Source: Gracilinanus agilis (Eukaryota). From it: a DNA stretch of 64,000 nucleotides. Under the pieces are notes generated by a model. That model was given only the letters and a program-made list of their open reading frames with translations, was not told where the DNA came from and ran no database searches. Shown here piece by piece: positions 26,048-39,985 of this stretch (the stretch's first letter is position 1; every line of letters starts with the position of its first letter). The stretch is from assembly GCF_016433145.1 (NCBI RefSeq), contig NC_058130.1, positions 245,669,658 through 245,733,657 of the forward strand, written 5' to 3'. The position numbers and the translations under genes are program-made.

Positions 26048-26739
26048 AAATAAACTATGTAATAGAAGTTGAGAATTTCACATATAATCTTTTTTCTGTT
26101 CTTTGAACATGGAAATGTTCAGGTTTTTTTGTTTGTCAAGCTCGTTATTTTTTAAAGATAATTTTAAAAAGAAAAAGGAAATTACCTAAGTATGAAATAC
26201 ATACTGCAATAAAAAATTTATGAAAAATGAAAGCACTTAACTTCAAGACTAAGTTCTATGAGGCAGACTAATATTCAAGTGAAATTTTACAAGGAATTAA
26301 GAAAATAAAAAAATCTTATTTAGTAACCATAATGAGAATCTTGCCCAAGACTATGAGGAGATTTCATTGGTATGTCCCCTCCTTCAGACCCTTCATGAAG
26401 AATAACTGAGTTTGCTCCTGCTGAGATATTACTTACCAGCAAGCAGAAGGCCTGGGGGCAGAAAACACAGGGCTCACTCACTTTGGCAGTGTGGTTAGAA
26501 ATGTTAGACATTTTCATAGATGATAATAACAAGCAGACAACTGCTGATAAAGTGCTCAGCTTTAAATATATATCCAGTTACTTCATTTTTAGATTGTTCA
26601 AATCCAAACATTAAAGTTGCAATTTTTATTGATGTCTTATGTTTGAATCTTGCCATACCAAATGCTAAGTCCTGATGATTGCCTAGCATGAAAATATTTC
26701 AGGAAGGAATTTGGTCTAGGTCACTGATAGCATATTCTT

Positions 26740-26985
26740 TGTCGTTGCTTAGTTGTTTTTAATCATGCTCAACTTTTCATGGCCCCATTTGGGGTTTTCT
26801 TGGCAAAGATACTAGAGTAGTCTGCTACTTCCTTCTCCAGCTCATTTTACAGATGAGGAAACTGAGGCAAACAAGGCTAAGTGACTAGCCCAGAATCACA
26901 TAATTAGTAAGTGTCTGAGGATGGATTTGAAGTCAGGTTCTACTAACTCCAGAGCTGGACATATCCTACTGCACCAACTACCTTC
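26740..26985 (-). mobile_element. MAR1-type core SINE
   Basis: 'ccccatttggggttttcttggcaaagatactagagtag...cattttacagatgaggaaactgaggc'. Confidence 0.85.
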
Positions 26986-27399
26986 TTAGTAATCATATCA
27001 GCAAGTCATGATAGACTGCTGGTCCAATGAGCCAGCTTTGAAATCTGGAAGTCTGGTTTAAGACCTGTTTCTGGCCCATACTTCCAACTGTCCCATCTAT
27101 GACTAGAAAGTCACTCAACCTTTTCAGTACTCCCAGGAAGATCACTCAAATGATAGTTATGAATGAGCTGTTGATTCATATTAAGAGAAGTTTCTCACGC
27201 CAATGAAATCTCAATTATGGTTCCAAAAACACTACCGTTCATTTTACCTTTTTTTTTTTCATGGAGATACTATAAGTATTGGTTCTAGACACAGTCAGCA
27301 CTCAATAAATGCTTCTATTTCCTTGACTGACTAATGCCAGTTAATGAATGTTGTAAGCATTACTGCAAGTGAGAAGGCTTGAGTGGCTGCAATTCCAAC

Positions 27400-29200
27400 T
27401 TCAGCCTGCATCATCCTTACAATATCTTCAATTCAGCAGTTATCCCGGGCTTATGGATCCCACCCACAATGAAGTATAAAAGCTTCGTAACATGCTATAT
27501 TCCCTGATTATATAATGGTCATGAGAGCACCCTGCCAGAAATAAGTGAGAATGCCAAAAAGTCTGGGAACAAGACAAATGAAGGCTCTGAGTCTAGACAA
27601 GCTTCCAGGTCCAGGGGGGCTTTGAGCCCAGTGGAGAATGGAGGAGACTGAATCTAGGATAGCATCCTGGTCAGAGTCCTCTTACTGAACTTTTCCATCA
27701 TGAACATAGCTGTATGCCAACTAGGACACAGTTCTCTATGACCAGGGCACAAAGAGAGGCCCAAGAGCAAGGGATACTGTCACAAAAGGAGAGACAGCCC
27801 CAAACCTGGTGATTTACCTTTGGCAAGCAAGAGAAAAGGGGCTGTGGATGAAAGACTCAGAGACATGCATAAATTAAACACCAACTGCATCAAAAATCAT
27901 CTAACTCTACAGTAATCTCACTCTACAGTAAATATAAGCAGAAACAAAGGAAAGATGGATTTTCCACAAAGACTACATGAATATCTAAAAGAATAAAGTA
28001 AAAAAATTGTTTTAAAAATTCTTGGGAAGAAAGAATTGGAAGGAAAATAATGGAGTTTATAAGATAAAGTAGCAAAATATATCTAAGAAATGAAATCCCT
28101 GAAAATAAGAAGAGGTAAAACAGAAATCAATGACTACATGAGAGAGCAAGAAATATGTGAACAAAACAAAAGACTGAAATAGAAAAGAATGCAAGATACT
28201 GCATATCCAAAACAACTTACCTAAAAAACAGGCCAGGGAAAAACAATTTAAGAACCAATGGAAAGAGCAGTTAAGTGGCTCAGTGGATAAGAGAGCCAGG
28301 CCTGGAGACAAAAGGTCCTGGCTTCAAATCTGAACTTAGATACTTCCTACTTGTATGGCCATGGGCAAGTTTTTAACCTTTATTGCCTAGATCTTACTTT
28401 TTTTCTGCCTTAGAACCAATACTTAGTATTGAGTCTAAGATGGAAGGTAAGGGCTTTTTTTTTTTAAAGGAAAACCTATGTACTCTTTAAAAATGATATT
28501 GTGTGTGTTTTTAAAGGCCTGGACAGTGTGTTTCAATATATGGTGAATGAAAACTGCCCAGGTACATTAAAAACACAGGTCAAAGTAAAGATATAAAGAA
28601 TCAACCAATCACCTCCAAAAAGGAACCTAAAACAAAGTATCCAAAGAATATCATACAAAAAATCCAAAGTTTCCACATCAAAATAAAAATACTGCAAGCT
28701 TCCAAAAAGAAGTTCAAGTATGAAGTACTACAATTAGGATCACACAAGATCTTAATATTCTACCACAAAAAAAAGTTGTAATGCAATATTCCAAAAAACT
28801 AAAGACATAGATATATATATATAAATAATGGAACTTTCAAGCAGTTTTAAATGAAAAAATCAGAAGTGAACAGGAATGAAGAAATATGAGTCCAGAGAAA
28901 TTTAGAAAGATAAGTTTACTGGAGCATTTGGAAGGAGATGAATGAAGTTAATGCTAGCATTCTAATAGAAATAGAAAAAACAAGTAGTCCTTCAGAACCT
29001 TAGTGTATTCAAAGGGTATTTCAGGAATTCAATAAGAAAAAAATAGAGGTTTTAGGAGGGGATTGGTTTTATTCTCAACATCTGAAAAAAGGAAGAGAAG
29101 ACAAAAGGACTTATATTAGTGTAAAAAGGAGGTAAAATCTGCTATTTATAATAGGGGTACATGATAAGAAGAATATATAAACTTGGACAAAGTTTATATT
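27400..29200 (+). mobile_element. L1 5' region and degraded ORF1, with a SINE1 inserted at ~28258-28468
   Basis: ORF1-like text 'aacaggccagggaaaaacaatttaagaa', 'gaaaactgcccag' and 'aatactgcaagcttccaaaaagaagttcaagta'. Confidence 0.75.
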
Positions 29201-29989
29201 GTGATAAATTAGGCACAATGGGATTAAAGTAAATATCCTTTAACTCTATACTAATTTTGAAATCCTATAATAGCATTCTGAAATGTCAAGCTTTTCCTTT
29301 AAAACTATTATTAGAAGAGTAGTTGCAACATCTTTCAGTATAAAATTTCTACAAATTGAGGCTTAGAGATTGCTAAATGAATCAACAATATTTTCCATAG
29401 AGTAAGGCAAGAAAGATGTTTGGAAATTTTCTGTCTCCCACTATCTGTTCCTATTCTCTTACTTGAGCCCTGTCTGTAAGACATTTTTGCAGCAGCAAAA
29501 TCTAACTGCTTTACACTGAATTTCAGTCATATTTGATGAGATATCTACCATCACCTTTTAGTGTTTTCCTTCATCAAAGACAACATGTGATAGAGAAGAG
29601 ATTTGCAGTAAAATAATTTTATCATTCATATATCTACCTTTGTTCCTAGTTAGCATTATATTAAAGAAATGACTTTAACTTACTTCTGCATTTTCCTCTT
29701 TCATATATTTCCATTGGATATAACCATTGGCTAATTCATAGGCATGAACTATAAGGCTGAAATGAGAGCTTAGATATTTAAAAATTAAGAACATTTTTCG
29801 TCATGAATAGACAATAAAATGGCACTTTATCTAACTTCAGCAATAGTAAAAAAAAAGCCTTATATGTGGGACAACTTTCTGGACTTTTGTTTCATCATCT
29901 TTGCCTATCAATTATTGATGGCAATACTTTCCCCATTCAGATTAAAGAATAGAAGATCAAATTAAGCAATGTATATTAAGTGCTTTGAA

Positions 29990-30620
29990 AATTACAAAGA
30001 ATATGGAAATATATTTTGTATAATAGCACATAATACCAAACTGCTTACCATTTCAGGGAGAAGAGAAGGGAGGAAGACAGGGAGGGAATATAAGATGCTA
30101 AAAACTGTTAGCAAAATGTTGGAAAATTAATGCCAAAAATTGTTTTTAAATGTACTTAGGGAAGAATAAAACATTACTGAAGGGGGAAAAATCCTCAGTT
30201 CTTAGAGGGGGAAAGAAAATTGTAAAACAGATGTAAGGGATAATGGTGATGACAATGCACAATTGCTTAAACAGTTTAAATCATGCAGCAAGCCTTTGAA
30301 AATTGGCTCTGCAGGAGAACTTGTACACAGTAACAGCAATATTGTACAATGATAAACTGGGAAAACCTGGCTACTCTCAACAATACAATGATCTGGGACA
30401 ATTCTGAAAGACTTATGATGGGGAATGCTATCCATCTCCAGAGAAAGAATTGTTGGAGTTTGATGGATGTGGATCAAAACATACTATCTTTCACATCAGT
30501 GTATTTATGGTTTTATTTGAGGGGTTTGGTTTTGAAAGAGTGTGCTCCTACAACAATAACTAATGTGGAAATATGTTTTGTATGATAATAAAAATAAAAC
30601 ATTTTTAAAAGAAAAAGGGA
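29990..30620 (+). mobile_element. L1 3' UTR fragments
   Basis: 'aatacaatgatctgggacaattctgaaagacttatgatggggaatgctatccatctccagagaaagaattgttggag'. Confidence 0.75.
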
Positions 30621-31270
30621 AAAAAGGATTGGTCCTGCTACTGTTTTCTATCAATATTCTTTGGGAAATTTCATTGGAATTATTTTTTAAAAAATCTATC
30701 ACTCCTACCACTTCAATTTGATCATGAACACCTTATCTTGAGAACCTTTGTTTTCTTATCTCAGTTTCCTCATCAAATAAACGTGGATGTAATAACATTT
30801 GCTACCTATAATAACATTTCATATTTATATAGTGTTTTATAGATTAGAAGTACTTCCTTACAATTGCTATGTAAGATAATGTAAGTCTGACTATCCTCAC
30901 TTTACAGATGAGGAAACTGAGACTCTAGGAGGACAAACAATTTGGCCACTAACGCGTGGCTAGTAGATGGTAGAGCCAAGAATTGAACCAGGTTCTTCTA
31001 ATTCTAAATTTAGCAATCCTTACACTATACTAGCCTCTCCCTTATATGAGTTTATTACCATAAACAAATAACTTTTATGTGCCTTTGAATCTATTCTGGA
31101 GAATATTCAAATCACTCTAAAAAGTTATCTTCTCCAAGAATTTAGACAACTAGCATTTAAAAAACCTAAACAAAACAACACAAAAACAAAAAAGGGACGA
31201 AATGATGTTATAAGTATCATTGATCTAAATGTTGGGTTTGAATATTGATAGCTGGTTGATAACGATCAGC

Positions 31271-32023
31271 TGTTATACTACCAGGGCTGTCAGGGGTTTA
31301 CTATTTGCAGGCAGTGGATAGAAGGCTAGAAGCAGTTTAATCCAACTCTTATTTATTTTAATAAAAGTAGGGAGATGAAATAGGAGTTAGGAAACTAGGA
31401 GTTAGGAATAGAAGAGGAATCTCTTAACCTTATACTAAAATGTCTAAATAAAAAAAACCCAAACTAACTGCTTTTTTTGCAGCTTCTTCTTGTCTACCAA
31501 GGTAGACCTACACTTAACTACACTCAGCTATCTTAAATAATATTTCCCTAACTAACTGAATCCTAAGCTAAAATTGAATCTTTATCTTCTTAAAGTACTA
31601 TATGAAACTCAAACTGTCAGTTGGAAGCAGCCTGTCCCACACACAGACGCAGACAGTTCCGCAGCTCTCCTCAAAGTCCTATAGGGAATAGGCCTTAGAG
31701 TTAGACCTGTCCCCCTCAATGTACTGAGAAGGAAAATCCCTCAGTAATTAGACTCTTAACTAAAAGTAGTAAGTCTTTCCTTCTTCAAACTCCTAAAATC
31801 TGTTCTTCTCAACTACAACTACCACCAACTCTCTCTCAGAGAGAGTCCAAACAGACAGTCCTGTTCTCTAAGACTGCCAGAGAAGATGGCGCCCAGAATT
31901 CCTTCTCCTCACTGGTTTTATGGCTTTTCCTGTTCTCTCTCTTAAGGGGACAGCATAATATGACTAAAACTTCATAAAACCTTCTGCTCTTAATGAAACA
32001 CAGTAAACTAAATCCTTTTAACA
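31271..32023 (-). mobile_element. Solo ERV LTR (~750 bp)
   Basis: TGTTA at 31271 and TTAACA at 32023. Minus-strand AATAAA (TTTATT at ~31352) and a TATA-like 'gccataaaacc'. Confidence 0.75.
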
Positions 32024-32919
32024 ATGACTAGAAAGTAGGAAGGAAGAAAAGAAATAAGCATTTATCTAGTATCTAGTGAATACTTTACAAATATGACTTA
32101 ATTTGATCCTCACCACATCCTTAGGAGATAGGTGTCATTATTATCGCCACTGAACAGTTCAGAAAGTGGAAAAAGTTAATAGACCAAAGTCAGTAAGCAA
32201 TATTTATGCTCTATGGAGTTGAGTGTTCCCAGATCAGTTGCCAAAAGAGGATGAAGAAGACCTGATGAAAGAAGTAGGAAGTTGGGGTGTCCTTGATGGA
32301 AGAGGCCTTTGAGAGGAGAGCTGATTGGAAAGTCTCGGGCTTCTCCAAGTTTAGTAAGTATGTCATCACTGTTCCCTTGAGAAGCAGTCTAATTTTTTTT
32401 ATTCATCACTTAAATACATCCTGACACTCATAGATCCTAATATGTTCTTATGTTTAAGAAAAGGCATATTGTGTCCAAGCTCCTAAGATCCTACTCATAT
32501 TGTGGAGGCTCATCACATTGGTGTCAGACCTCATGGGTATAACCTCCCCAGCAGCAAAGACTACCCGTGTATACCACCATCTGCAGTCATATTAATTCTT
32601 TTTTTTAAACCCATACTTTCCGACTTGGGGGCAATACTGTGTATTGGTTTTAAAGCAGAAGAACAGAGGTTTTTTTTTTCTAATTAATATGCTGATCATG
32701 AGAGAAATCAGTATAAGTACCATTCAAAATATCACAGAATATTGTGCTAATATCAGTTCAAAAATAAATATCCAACAAATATTTGTTGAGGGCCTTCTAT
32801 ATACATACCAAGTGCCAAGTGTAGTTGAAGGAATCCATATAATACTTCACACAATTGCCACCTCTTATTAAAAACCTTTCCTCATCTAGATAGTTAAAAC
32901 TTTCTCTCTTCCCAAAGTA

Positions 32920-33160
32920 TGCCGTTTAGTCATTTTTCAGTCATGTTTGACTCTTCATGACCCCCTTTTGGGGTTTTATTAACAAAAATACTGGAGTGGT
33001 TGGCCATTTCCTTCTCTAGTTCATTTTACAAATGAGAAAACTGAGGCAAGTAGGGTTACACAGGTTCACACAGCTAGAGAGTGCCTGAGGCCAGATTTGA
33101 ACTCAGGAAGATGAGTCTTCCTGACTCTTAGCCCAGGGCTTTTGCCACTGCACCACCTCC
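32920..33160 (-). mobile_element. MAR1-type core SINE
   Basis: 'gactcttcatgaccccc...ggagtggttggccatttccttctc...gaactcaggaagatgagtcttcctgactc'. Confidence 0.85.
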
Positions 33161-33832
33161 TTGCCCAAATTACACCATGTTTTGTTTTTTTTTTCAACTT
33201 GAAGCTTAGCACAGGGGCTAAGGTACTGGCCTTGAATTTTGACAGTCCTGAACTGTGGAAAAGTCATTAATCTCTCAGTGCTCCAGACCATAAATCACAG
33301 AGAACATGCCAACCTAAACAGGTCAAAACAGTCTGTCCCTGTCCATACTCTCAATAGGAGATAAGATCCTTAAGAGAAGGTACTGGCATTTGAGATTTTT
33401 GTTTGTTTGTTTTGGTTTATATCCTCAGTACCCAGCACAATTACATCCACATAGTAGACACTTAATGAATGCTTGTTAAATGAAGTAATTTTCTTTGTGC
33501 ACCAATTTTAAGAAGTGAGTTTAAAACTCCCTCGATACAAAGGTATATAAATATGTTTATTTTAATTACTAGATCAAAATACATATACACACAGTGATGC
33601 CAGATTATTCAAAAACTTATCAGTACTGCCTTGTTTTAATATGAAAAGATGTCGGAAAAAATAGAAATCTGAATCTTTCCTCTAGGTGGCGAACTCATAC
33701 TTCTAACAATCTGTATCATATAGTGTGTCCCCCCCTACAGACTTTGACAAAATAATAGAATACTGGAACTGGAAACAAGTTTAGAGGTCATTTGCTCTAA
33801 TATCAAAATTTTATAAAGAAAAAAGATGAAGG

Positions 33833-34045
33833 GAGCAGATGTGTGACTCAGTGGATTGAGAGCCAGGTCTACAACTGGGAGGTTCTGGGTTCAGATCTGA
33901 CCTCAAGACACTTCCTAGTGTACATTACACTAGTTATGTGACCCTGGGCAAGTCACTTGGCCCCCCATTGCCTAGCCCTTACTGCTCTTCTGCCTTGGAA
34001 CCAGTACACAGTATTAATTCTAAGATGGAAGGTAAAGGTTTAAAA
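33833..34045 (+). mobile_element. SINE1_Mdo-like SINE with TSD
   Basis: 13-bp TSD aaaaagatgaagg at 33820-33832 and 34046-34058. Confidence 0.92.
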
Positions 34046-34602
34046 AAAAAGATGAAGGTTTATATAATTTTCATTAAACACCCAATACCTACCTGCCAGA
34101 TTATACTTCATTTCATTTATAAGGTTATGGCATTTTAAAAAAAGTATCCATGTCCACCAAGTATGGTTTTTTTCTTGTATATTTCTCCTTTTTCCTTCTT
34201 GCCTTCTTCCTTGTCCAAAAATCAGTCAGTAAAACATTTCGAAGGGCATTAAATAAGTCTAGACATTATAGAAGATGGAAATGAGAATGAATGCTATTTA
34301 GTTCCAAATTTCTTTTGAATATCTCAATTTTGATGATTTGACTCAATTAAAAAATAATTTATTACATACCTACTTTATATAAGGAAATGGAATAGAAACT
34401 AATAAAAAACATATGATATTTAATTAGAATTCTACTGGTGTATACATACATTTCCTGAAGGTATAAGAGGATTTGAGTTAAGTATCTGACTTTAAATAAG
34501 TATGATTATATATAGTAATATATAGAAAGACACTGCTTTCTGCCTATAAAACTATACAGATCAAATTATCACAATTTTATAAAATATTTTTTCAGTATAG
34601 AC

Positions 34603-34806
34603 CAGTGATGGGCAAACTATGGATTGCGGGCCAGATGCAGCCCCCTGAAAAGTTCTATATGGCCTGGCAACATTATTCCTAATCTGACGAATATAACAAG
34701 TAGGATACAATACAATGAAACTTTGAAAGAATTGCCTTAGAAACAGACTGAAGATGAGCATTTCCTTTCCTTTGGCCCCCTCTTTTAAAAAGTTTGCCCA
34801 TCACTG
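34603..34806. mobile_element. Non-autonomous hAT/Charlie-type MITE (204 bp, OposCharlie-like)
   Basis: Perfect 16-bp TIRs CAGTGATGGGCAAACT / AGTTTGCCCATCACTG. 8-bp TSD gtatagac/atatagac. Confidence 0.93.
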
Positions 34807-36411
34807 ATATAGACAACCAAATCCAAAAACATGGTTCTAATAATTTGTCTTTTTCTCACCCCTACAGATGTTTCCCTGAATTATTTTTATATTTATGAGA
34901 AAAATAAGCATAGGAAATAAATATTTTAACCACAAAAACTGAGAGAAGGTAAACACATAACAAAATAGCAAATGATTTCCCCAAGATTTCTGTTTGGCTT
35001 CCACAGCCATATATTTTCTCCCTCTGATACTTCTCTCTTAGCAAAAAATATTTCCTCGAGACTAGAGAAACCTACCCATTATAAATGAGTATTTCACAAT
35101 GCAAGCTAGCAGCTGGGTGAGTCAGATAATTTTCTTCAGCATTGAATGAAGTCAATGAGACTTAGAAAAAATTATATAATCCAGAGAAACTTAGTTGTCA
35201 ACAAATATTTATTAAGTGTTGACTATGCCAGGAACTGTTTTATAAATATGAAGGAAGGCAAAAGACAGTCCGTGCTTTCAAAAAGTTCATGGTCTACTGG
35301 AGAATATAATGTGCAAACTACAAACAAAATATATGCAGAAGAAATTTGGTGATAAGCAAAAGAAGCAAGGCATTAGCATTAAAGGGATTAGAGAACAGCT
35401 TCTTGCAGAAGGTGAGACTGTAGGACTTTAAAAAAAAAAGTCAGGGAAGCCAAGAGATGGAGATGAGGTGAGAGAGAGTTCCAAGAATGATCCACTTCCA
35501 GTAAAAATAAAAGATGGAATAACAATATGGCTATCCCCACAACCATTCAAATGTCTCCAAAACAGAAATAATGCACCAAAGATGCAGGAATTTCAGCTGT
35601 TTCTATGATCTAAGGCACCCAGAATCCAAAAAAAAAAGGTTTAAAGAAACTGATGCTTACTAGTCCTGAGTGCCTGCTTCATTTTTCCAGACCCATTGAG
35701 AGCAAGGCTCCTGGCTATGAAAATTTGCTCAGTACTTAGCAACCAGCTTGGCCATAACCCTTCAGGAGCAAAAGCCTGCCAGCAGAGGCTGCAGTCCAAC
35801 AAAACTTAGTTTAAGTTTTAAGAAGCACTGGCTCTGCAAAGTACTAAACTGCTGGTGCCAGGGGAAAAACAGACTCTGAACTGTTGGCACTCAGCCAGAC
35901 AAATGAGCAACAGAGGGAGGGGGACAGGTCATCAGGGGAAGATGCCATGGGTGTGTAGGGCAATGCAGCACTCCACCAAACCTGAGGGAAAGAAGACACT
36001 GTCCAGCTAAATCCAGTTCTGACCAGCCAAAAGTCAGTTGAACTAGGCAATAGAGCCATGTGTGAGAGGAGACTAAGCTACTTTGAGATTTAGCCCCCAA
36101 AGAATCCACAATCAGGAGATAAGTGACAAGGACAATAAAGGGGAAATTACACTAAAAATACTAAAAGTTTCAGGAAGAAATCTAAAAGAACTTGAACATA
36201 AACAGATGGATAAACAGGAAAAACAGTAATAACAAAAAGAAATATGGTCTCCAGATCTAGTAAACAAGTTCAGGCATCTATGAATAAATATTACAAAATA
36301 AAGGAAAATGTTCCAACACTAGATGAAACAAAGGATCTGGTATTATTTGAGGAGAACATGGAACCACTTTTCATATATATGTACATATATATATATATAT
36401 ATATATACATA

Positions 36412-37205
36412 TATATATACTATTCCTAAGTGGTTTTTTAAAAAAGAAATGAGAATTATGAAAGCAGAATTTATTCCCTATACAAAAGAATTAGTAGAAT
36501 ATAAAAGCCTGAATGTACAATGGCAAGCCTTACTAAAGAAACATAAGGGGGGAAAATGGATTGAGGATACAAATATACAAAAGTAAAAGACAACTTAGAA
36601 GAAAAAATAACATTAGAAGAAAATATCCTCACTACATGAAAAAGATCAAGATATTGATCTTGAAGATAAGAGGCATAGAGATAATCTAAGGATCATGGGT
36701 CTTCCAGAAGAACATGAAAGGACAGGAATACTTAACAACATAATGAAGGAAATAATAGAAGAGAACTGCCCAAAACTTCTGAACATGAAAAATGAAATTC
36801 CAACTAAANTATATATACTATTCCTAAGTAGTTTTTTAAAAAAAAATGAGAATTATGAAAGCAGAATTTATTCCCTATACAAAAGAATTAGTAGAATATA
36901 AAAGCCTGAATGTACAATGGCAAGCCTTACTAAAGAAACATAAGGGGGGAAAATGGATTGAGGATACAAATATACAAAAGTAAAAGACAACTTAGAAGAA
37001 AAAATAACATTAGAAGAAAATATCCTCACTACATGAAAAAGATCAAGATATTGATCTTGAAGATAAGAGGCATAGAGATAATCTAAGGATCATGGGTCTT
37101 CCAGAAGAACATGAAAGGACAGGAATACTTAACAACATAATGAAGGAAATAATAGAAGAGAACTGCCCAAAACTTCTGAACATGAAAAATGAAATTCCAA
37201 CTAAA
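36412..37205. repeat. ~397-bp tandem duplication split by a single N (probable assembly artefact)
   Basis: 36412-36808 is repeated at 36810-37205 with N at 36809. The differences I could see lie in the first ~30 nt of copy 2. Confidence 0.9.
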
Positions 37206-37763
37206 AGAATTCACAGATGGTCTCCAGGAAAACAAACAAACAAACAAACCTTCAAGGCTGCAAACTCCAAGACACATAGTTTTTAAGTTTAACAGTTCAG
37301 TTCAGAAATAATTTCTGCAAGTGATCAGGAAGGAGAAAGACCTTCAAACACAAAGGAATGGATATTCAAATAACAGAACACTATTCTACATTCCCTAGGA
37401 AAAGGAGGAGGAAATGGAATAATGCCTTGTAAGAGCAATGAAGCCCAAGGTGATCCATCCTACAAATATGAGCTTAACTATGTAGCACAAAAGAATATAG
37501 ATTCAACAATTTTTAAGTTTGGAATTTTTTTAGAAAGAAAACTGGAAGTGATGAGATTATTTGCTTCTCAAAAATCCCAGGTAACAAAAATTCATAAATG
37601 AATGAGTGCATCAAGCAAGGATAAAAACAAAATGATAACAGAAAGATCAATAAGAGACTTATTTCTAAATTTATTCAAAGAGACAAGGGTGAAGACAACA
37701 ATCCAGAAAATGTAACAGTAAGGAGGAAGACAAGGGACATTATTGACAGAAACTGGTAACATG

Positions 37764-38582
37764 TGTAACCTAAGAATCCCAAGTGGGGTGCAATCCACGG
37801 AACCCCAAGATGCCAAGGGCAGTTAAGGATGGTTGGAACCAGGGTATATAAGGGGGAACCCCAAGCAAATGACACTCACTGGGTTTGGGGGAACTAGGGA
37901 GGAGAGTGGTGAAAAACCAATCACTCCTAGGTCTAGCCATACCTCATACCAGCTGATCTTTATGCTTTTATCCAGCAACTTTATATGATCTCCAATCCAG
38001 ACTGACCCTCATTGAAACAGACTACTATAGCTGCTGAGAGCCCTTGTAAGCAGTTAGTAGAGACAATCCATCATCTTTACGGACCTTCAATCAACAATAG
38101 CAATAATTCATCTAAAGCTTACTCATTTACTTTATTAGTTAATCATTAGAGTTATACATCAGGAAGGGGAAAGAAGATTGGGAGGCGGGGGTTGACCCAG
38201 CCCCAAGACTCAACTAATTAGTTATAGTCTCTCCCATTCCCTCTTTCCTTTCAACTACCTCCTTCCCCATTTGATTCACCATGTTATTAAAAGAGTTTAT
38301 CCTTAAAACAGATAGTGTTAGAGTTCTTCAGTTGAGAAAGGCCATTAGAATTTACTTACCCTGAGAGAGTCACCATATTCTATCAGAAGTGGCAGTTGGC
38401 TGGGGAACTAGCTACATAGGTCCATTGTTTTTTATACATTGATCCTTGGTTGTGGACTTCATCCAATATCCAGAGACATCCCCTCTCTCAACTATACTAT
38501 CGAGTTGAGAGAAATTTAATCAATTCCTCTTAGGGAAATCACTGACCTTCTCCCTCAAGTAAGAGCAATAGGTCCTGTAACA
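37764..38582 (+). mobile_element. Solo ERV LTR nested in L1
   Basis: TGTAAC...GTAACA ends, TATA 'gtatataagg' at ~37843, ATTAAA at ~38286. Confidence 0.75.
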
Positions 38583-39799
38583 TCTTGGGAGAGAATCTAT
38601 AACTAAAACAGCCTCTCCTGCATCCATCCCCCACACAGGGCTGTAAGCCTGCAGGTTTCATCAGTCTGTGGCCTGCATTTGCTCTTTACACATGCTGCCT
38701 ACAGGCAAATATTTTCTTTGTGGAAATGCTTTAGGACATAGGAAGGGACATTAAAGGTGGGGAGGGAAGCAGAGGGATAGAGACCAAGTGATGCACTGAG
38801 TTCAAATGAAAGGCTAACAATGAGGGGAAGGTGGCCTCTGATTTCTCAGAAAGAAAAGACCCTACAAAATAGTGGATGAGGACAAGAGGAGAAATACTGA
38901 AAAAAGGAAGAAAGGAAAGAAGCCTTACTTTGGAGGTGGAAAACAGTTCCACTGATGAATGCTTCTAAAGGTGAAGGGAGATAAAGAGCTTACCCCAGAT
39001 GAAGCCTGGAAATTTGGAGGTTGAAAAAGTCTACTCATCATACTCATCATCATAAGAGAGGAGTAATTGGAGACTGGTACTTGGAAGAGTGGAAGGGCAT
39101 GGACACAAGGAGGAGATTGCCAGGCAAATTTGGAAAGAGAAAAAAGGCCAAAAGACAGCATATATGTGGAGAGGAGATCCCACCATAGGACAGCATCTTC
39201 TCTGACATGTATAAAAATTGGCATTATTCTGAGAGTAATGCACAATGAAAAGGAAGAATTCATGAGGCAAGGCAGTGGAAGAAAGCACCTAGAAGGAAGA
39301 GTCTAAAATAGGTACCTGGAAAACTTCAACTACATGAAGAATAAAGAGAAAAGGGAGAAACCAGATGAATAAAGGGGTCATGAAACAGACTGAAAGTTCA
39401 GAATAAAGGGAAAGCAAAGATGAATAATTAGAGTAAAAGAAATCTTTTTAAGAATGGGACATAAAAATGAAATTCAAATAATGAATAGTACAGCCTGATT
39501 TGGAAAAAAGGAAGAGAGAATCTACCTGACTGACAGGGAGGGGGGGAAAAGGGGAGAAGAAATATAAATCCAGGAGAAGGGACCTAATAAACAAAACCCT
39601 AAAGAGAAAGGGATAACAAAAGGGAAGAGAGGTAAAGGGTAAGAAGAAAAAACCAATGGTAATGGGACTTTATTTTTTTAAAAATCAAGGTAAGGTTAAT
39701 TAAAGAATAATAAGTAAAAGAAGTAGGAAAAATCATAACTTGAAATTCAGTTCTAGAGGAAAATATAAGCCCAACTCTTATAACTTTAAATGTGAATGA

Positions 39800-39985
39800 A
39801 AGGGTCAGCTAGGTGTCTTAGTGTTAAGTATGGAGACAGGAGGTCTTGTATTCAAATCTGGCCTCAGACATTTTTTAGCTATGTGATCCTGGACAAATCA
39901 CTTAATTCCCAGTGCCTAGCCCTTATTGTTCTTCTGCTTTGGAATCAATATGTAATATTGATTCTAAGATGGAAGGTAAGAGTTT
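39800..39985 (+). mobile_element. SINE1_Mdo-like SINE inside the L1 endonuclease region
   Basis: 'ttcaaatctggcctcagaca...aatcaatatgtaatattgattctaagatggaaggtaagag'. Confidence 0.85.

Noticed and set aside
26431-26690. Possible minus-strand (ANRIL-direction) exon ending at the strong donor CTG|GTAAGT (26437/26436)
   Set aside because: A 7-nt donor match is expected several times by chance in 64 kb, and the acceptor is weak. It needs RNA evidence.
36412-37205. A real recent segmental duplication of L1 ORF1
   Set aside because: The single N exactly at the junction and mismatches at the copy edge point to an assembly overlap.
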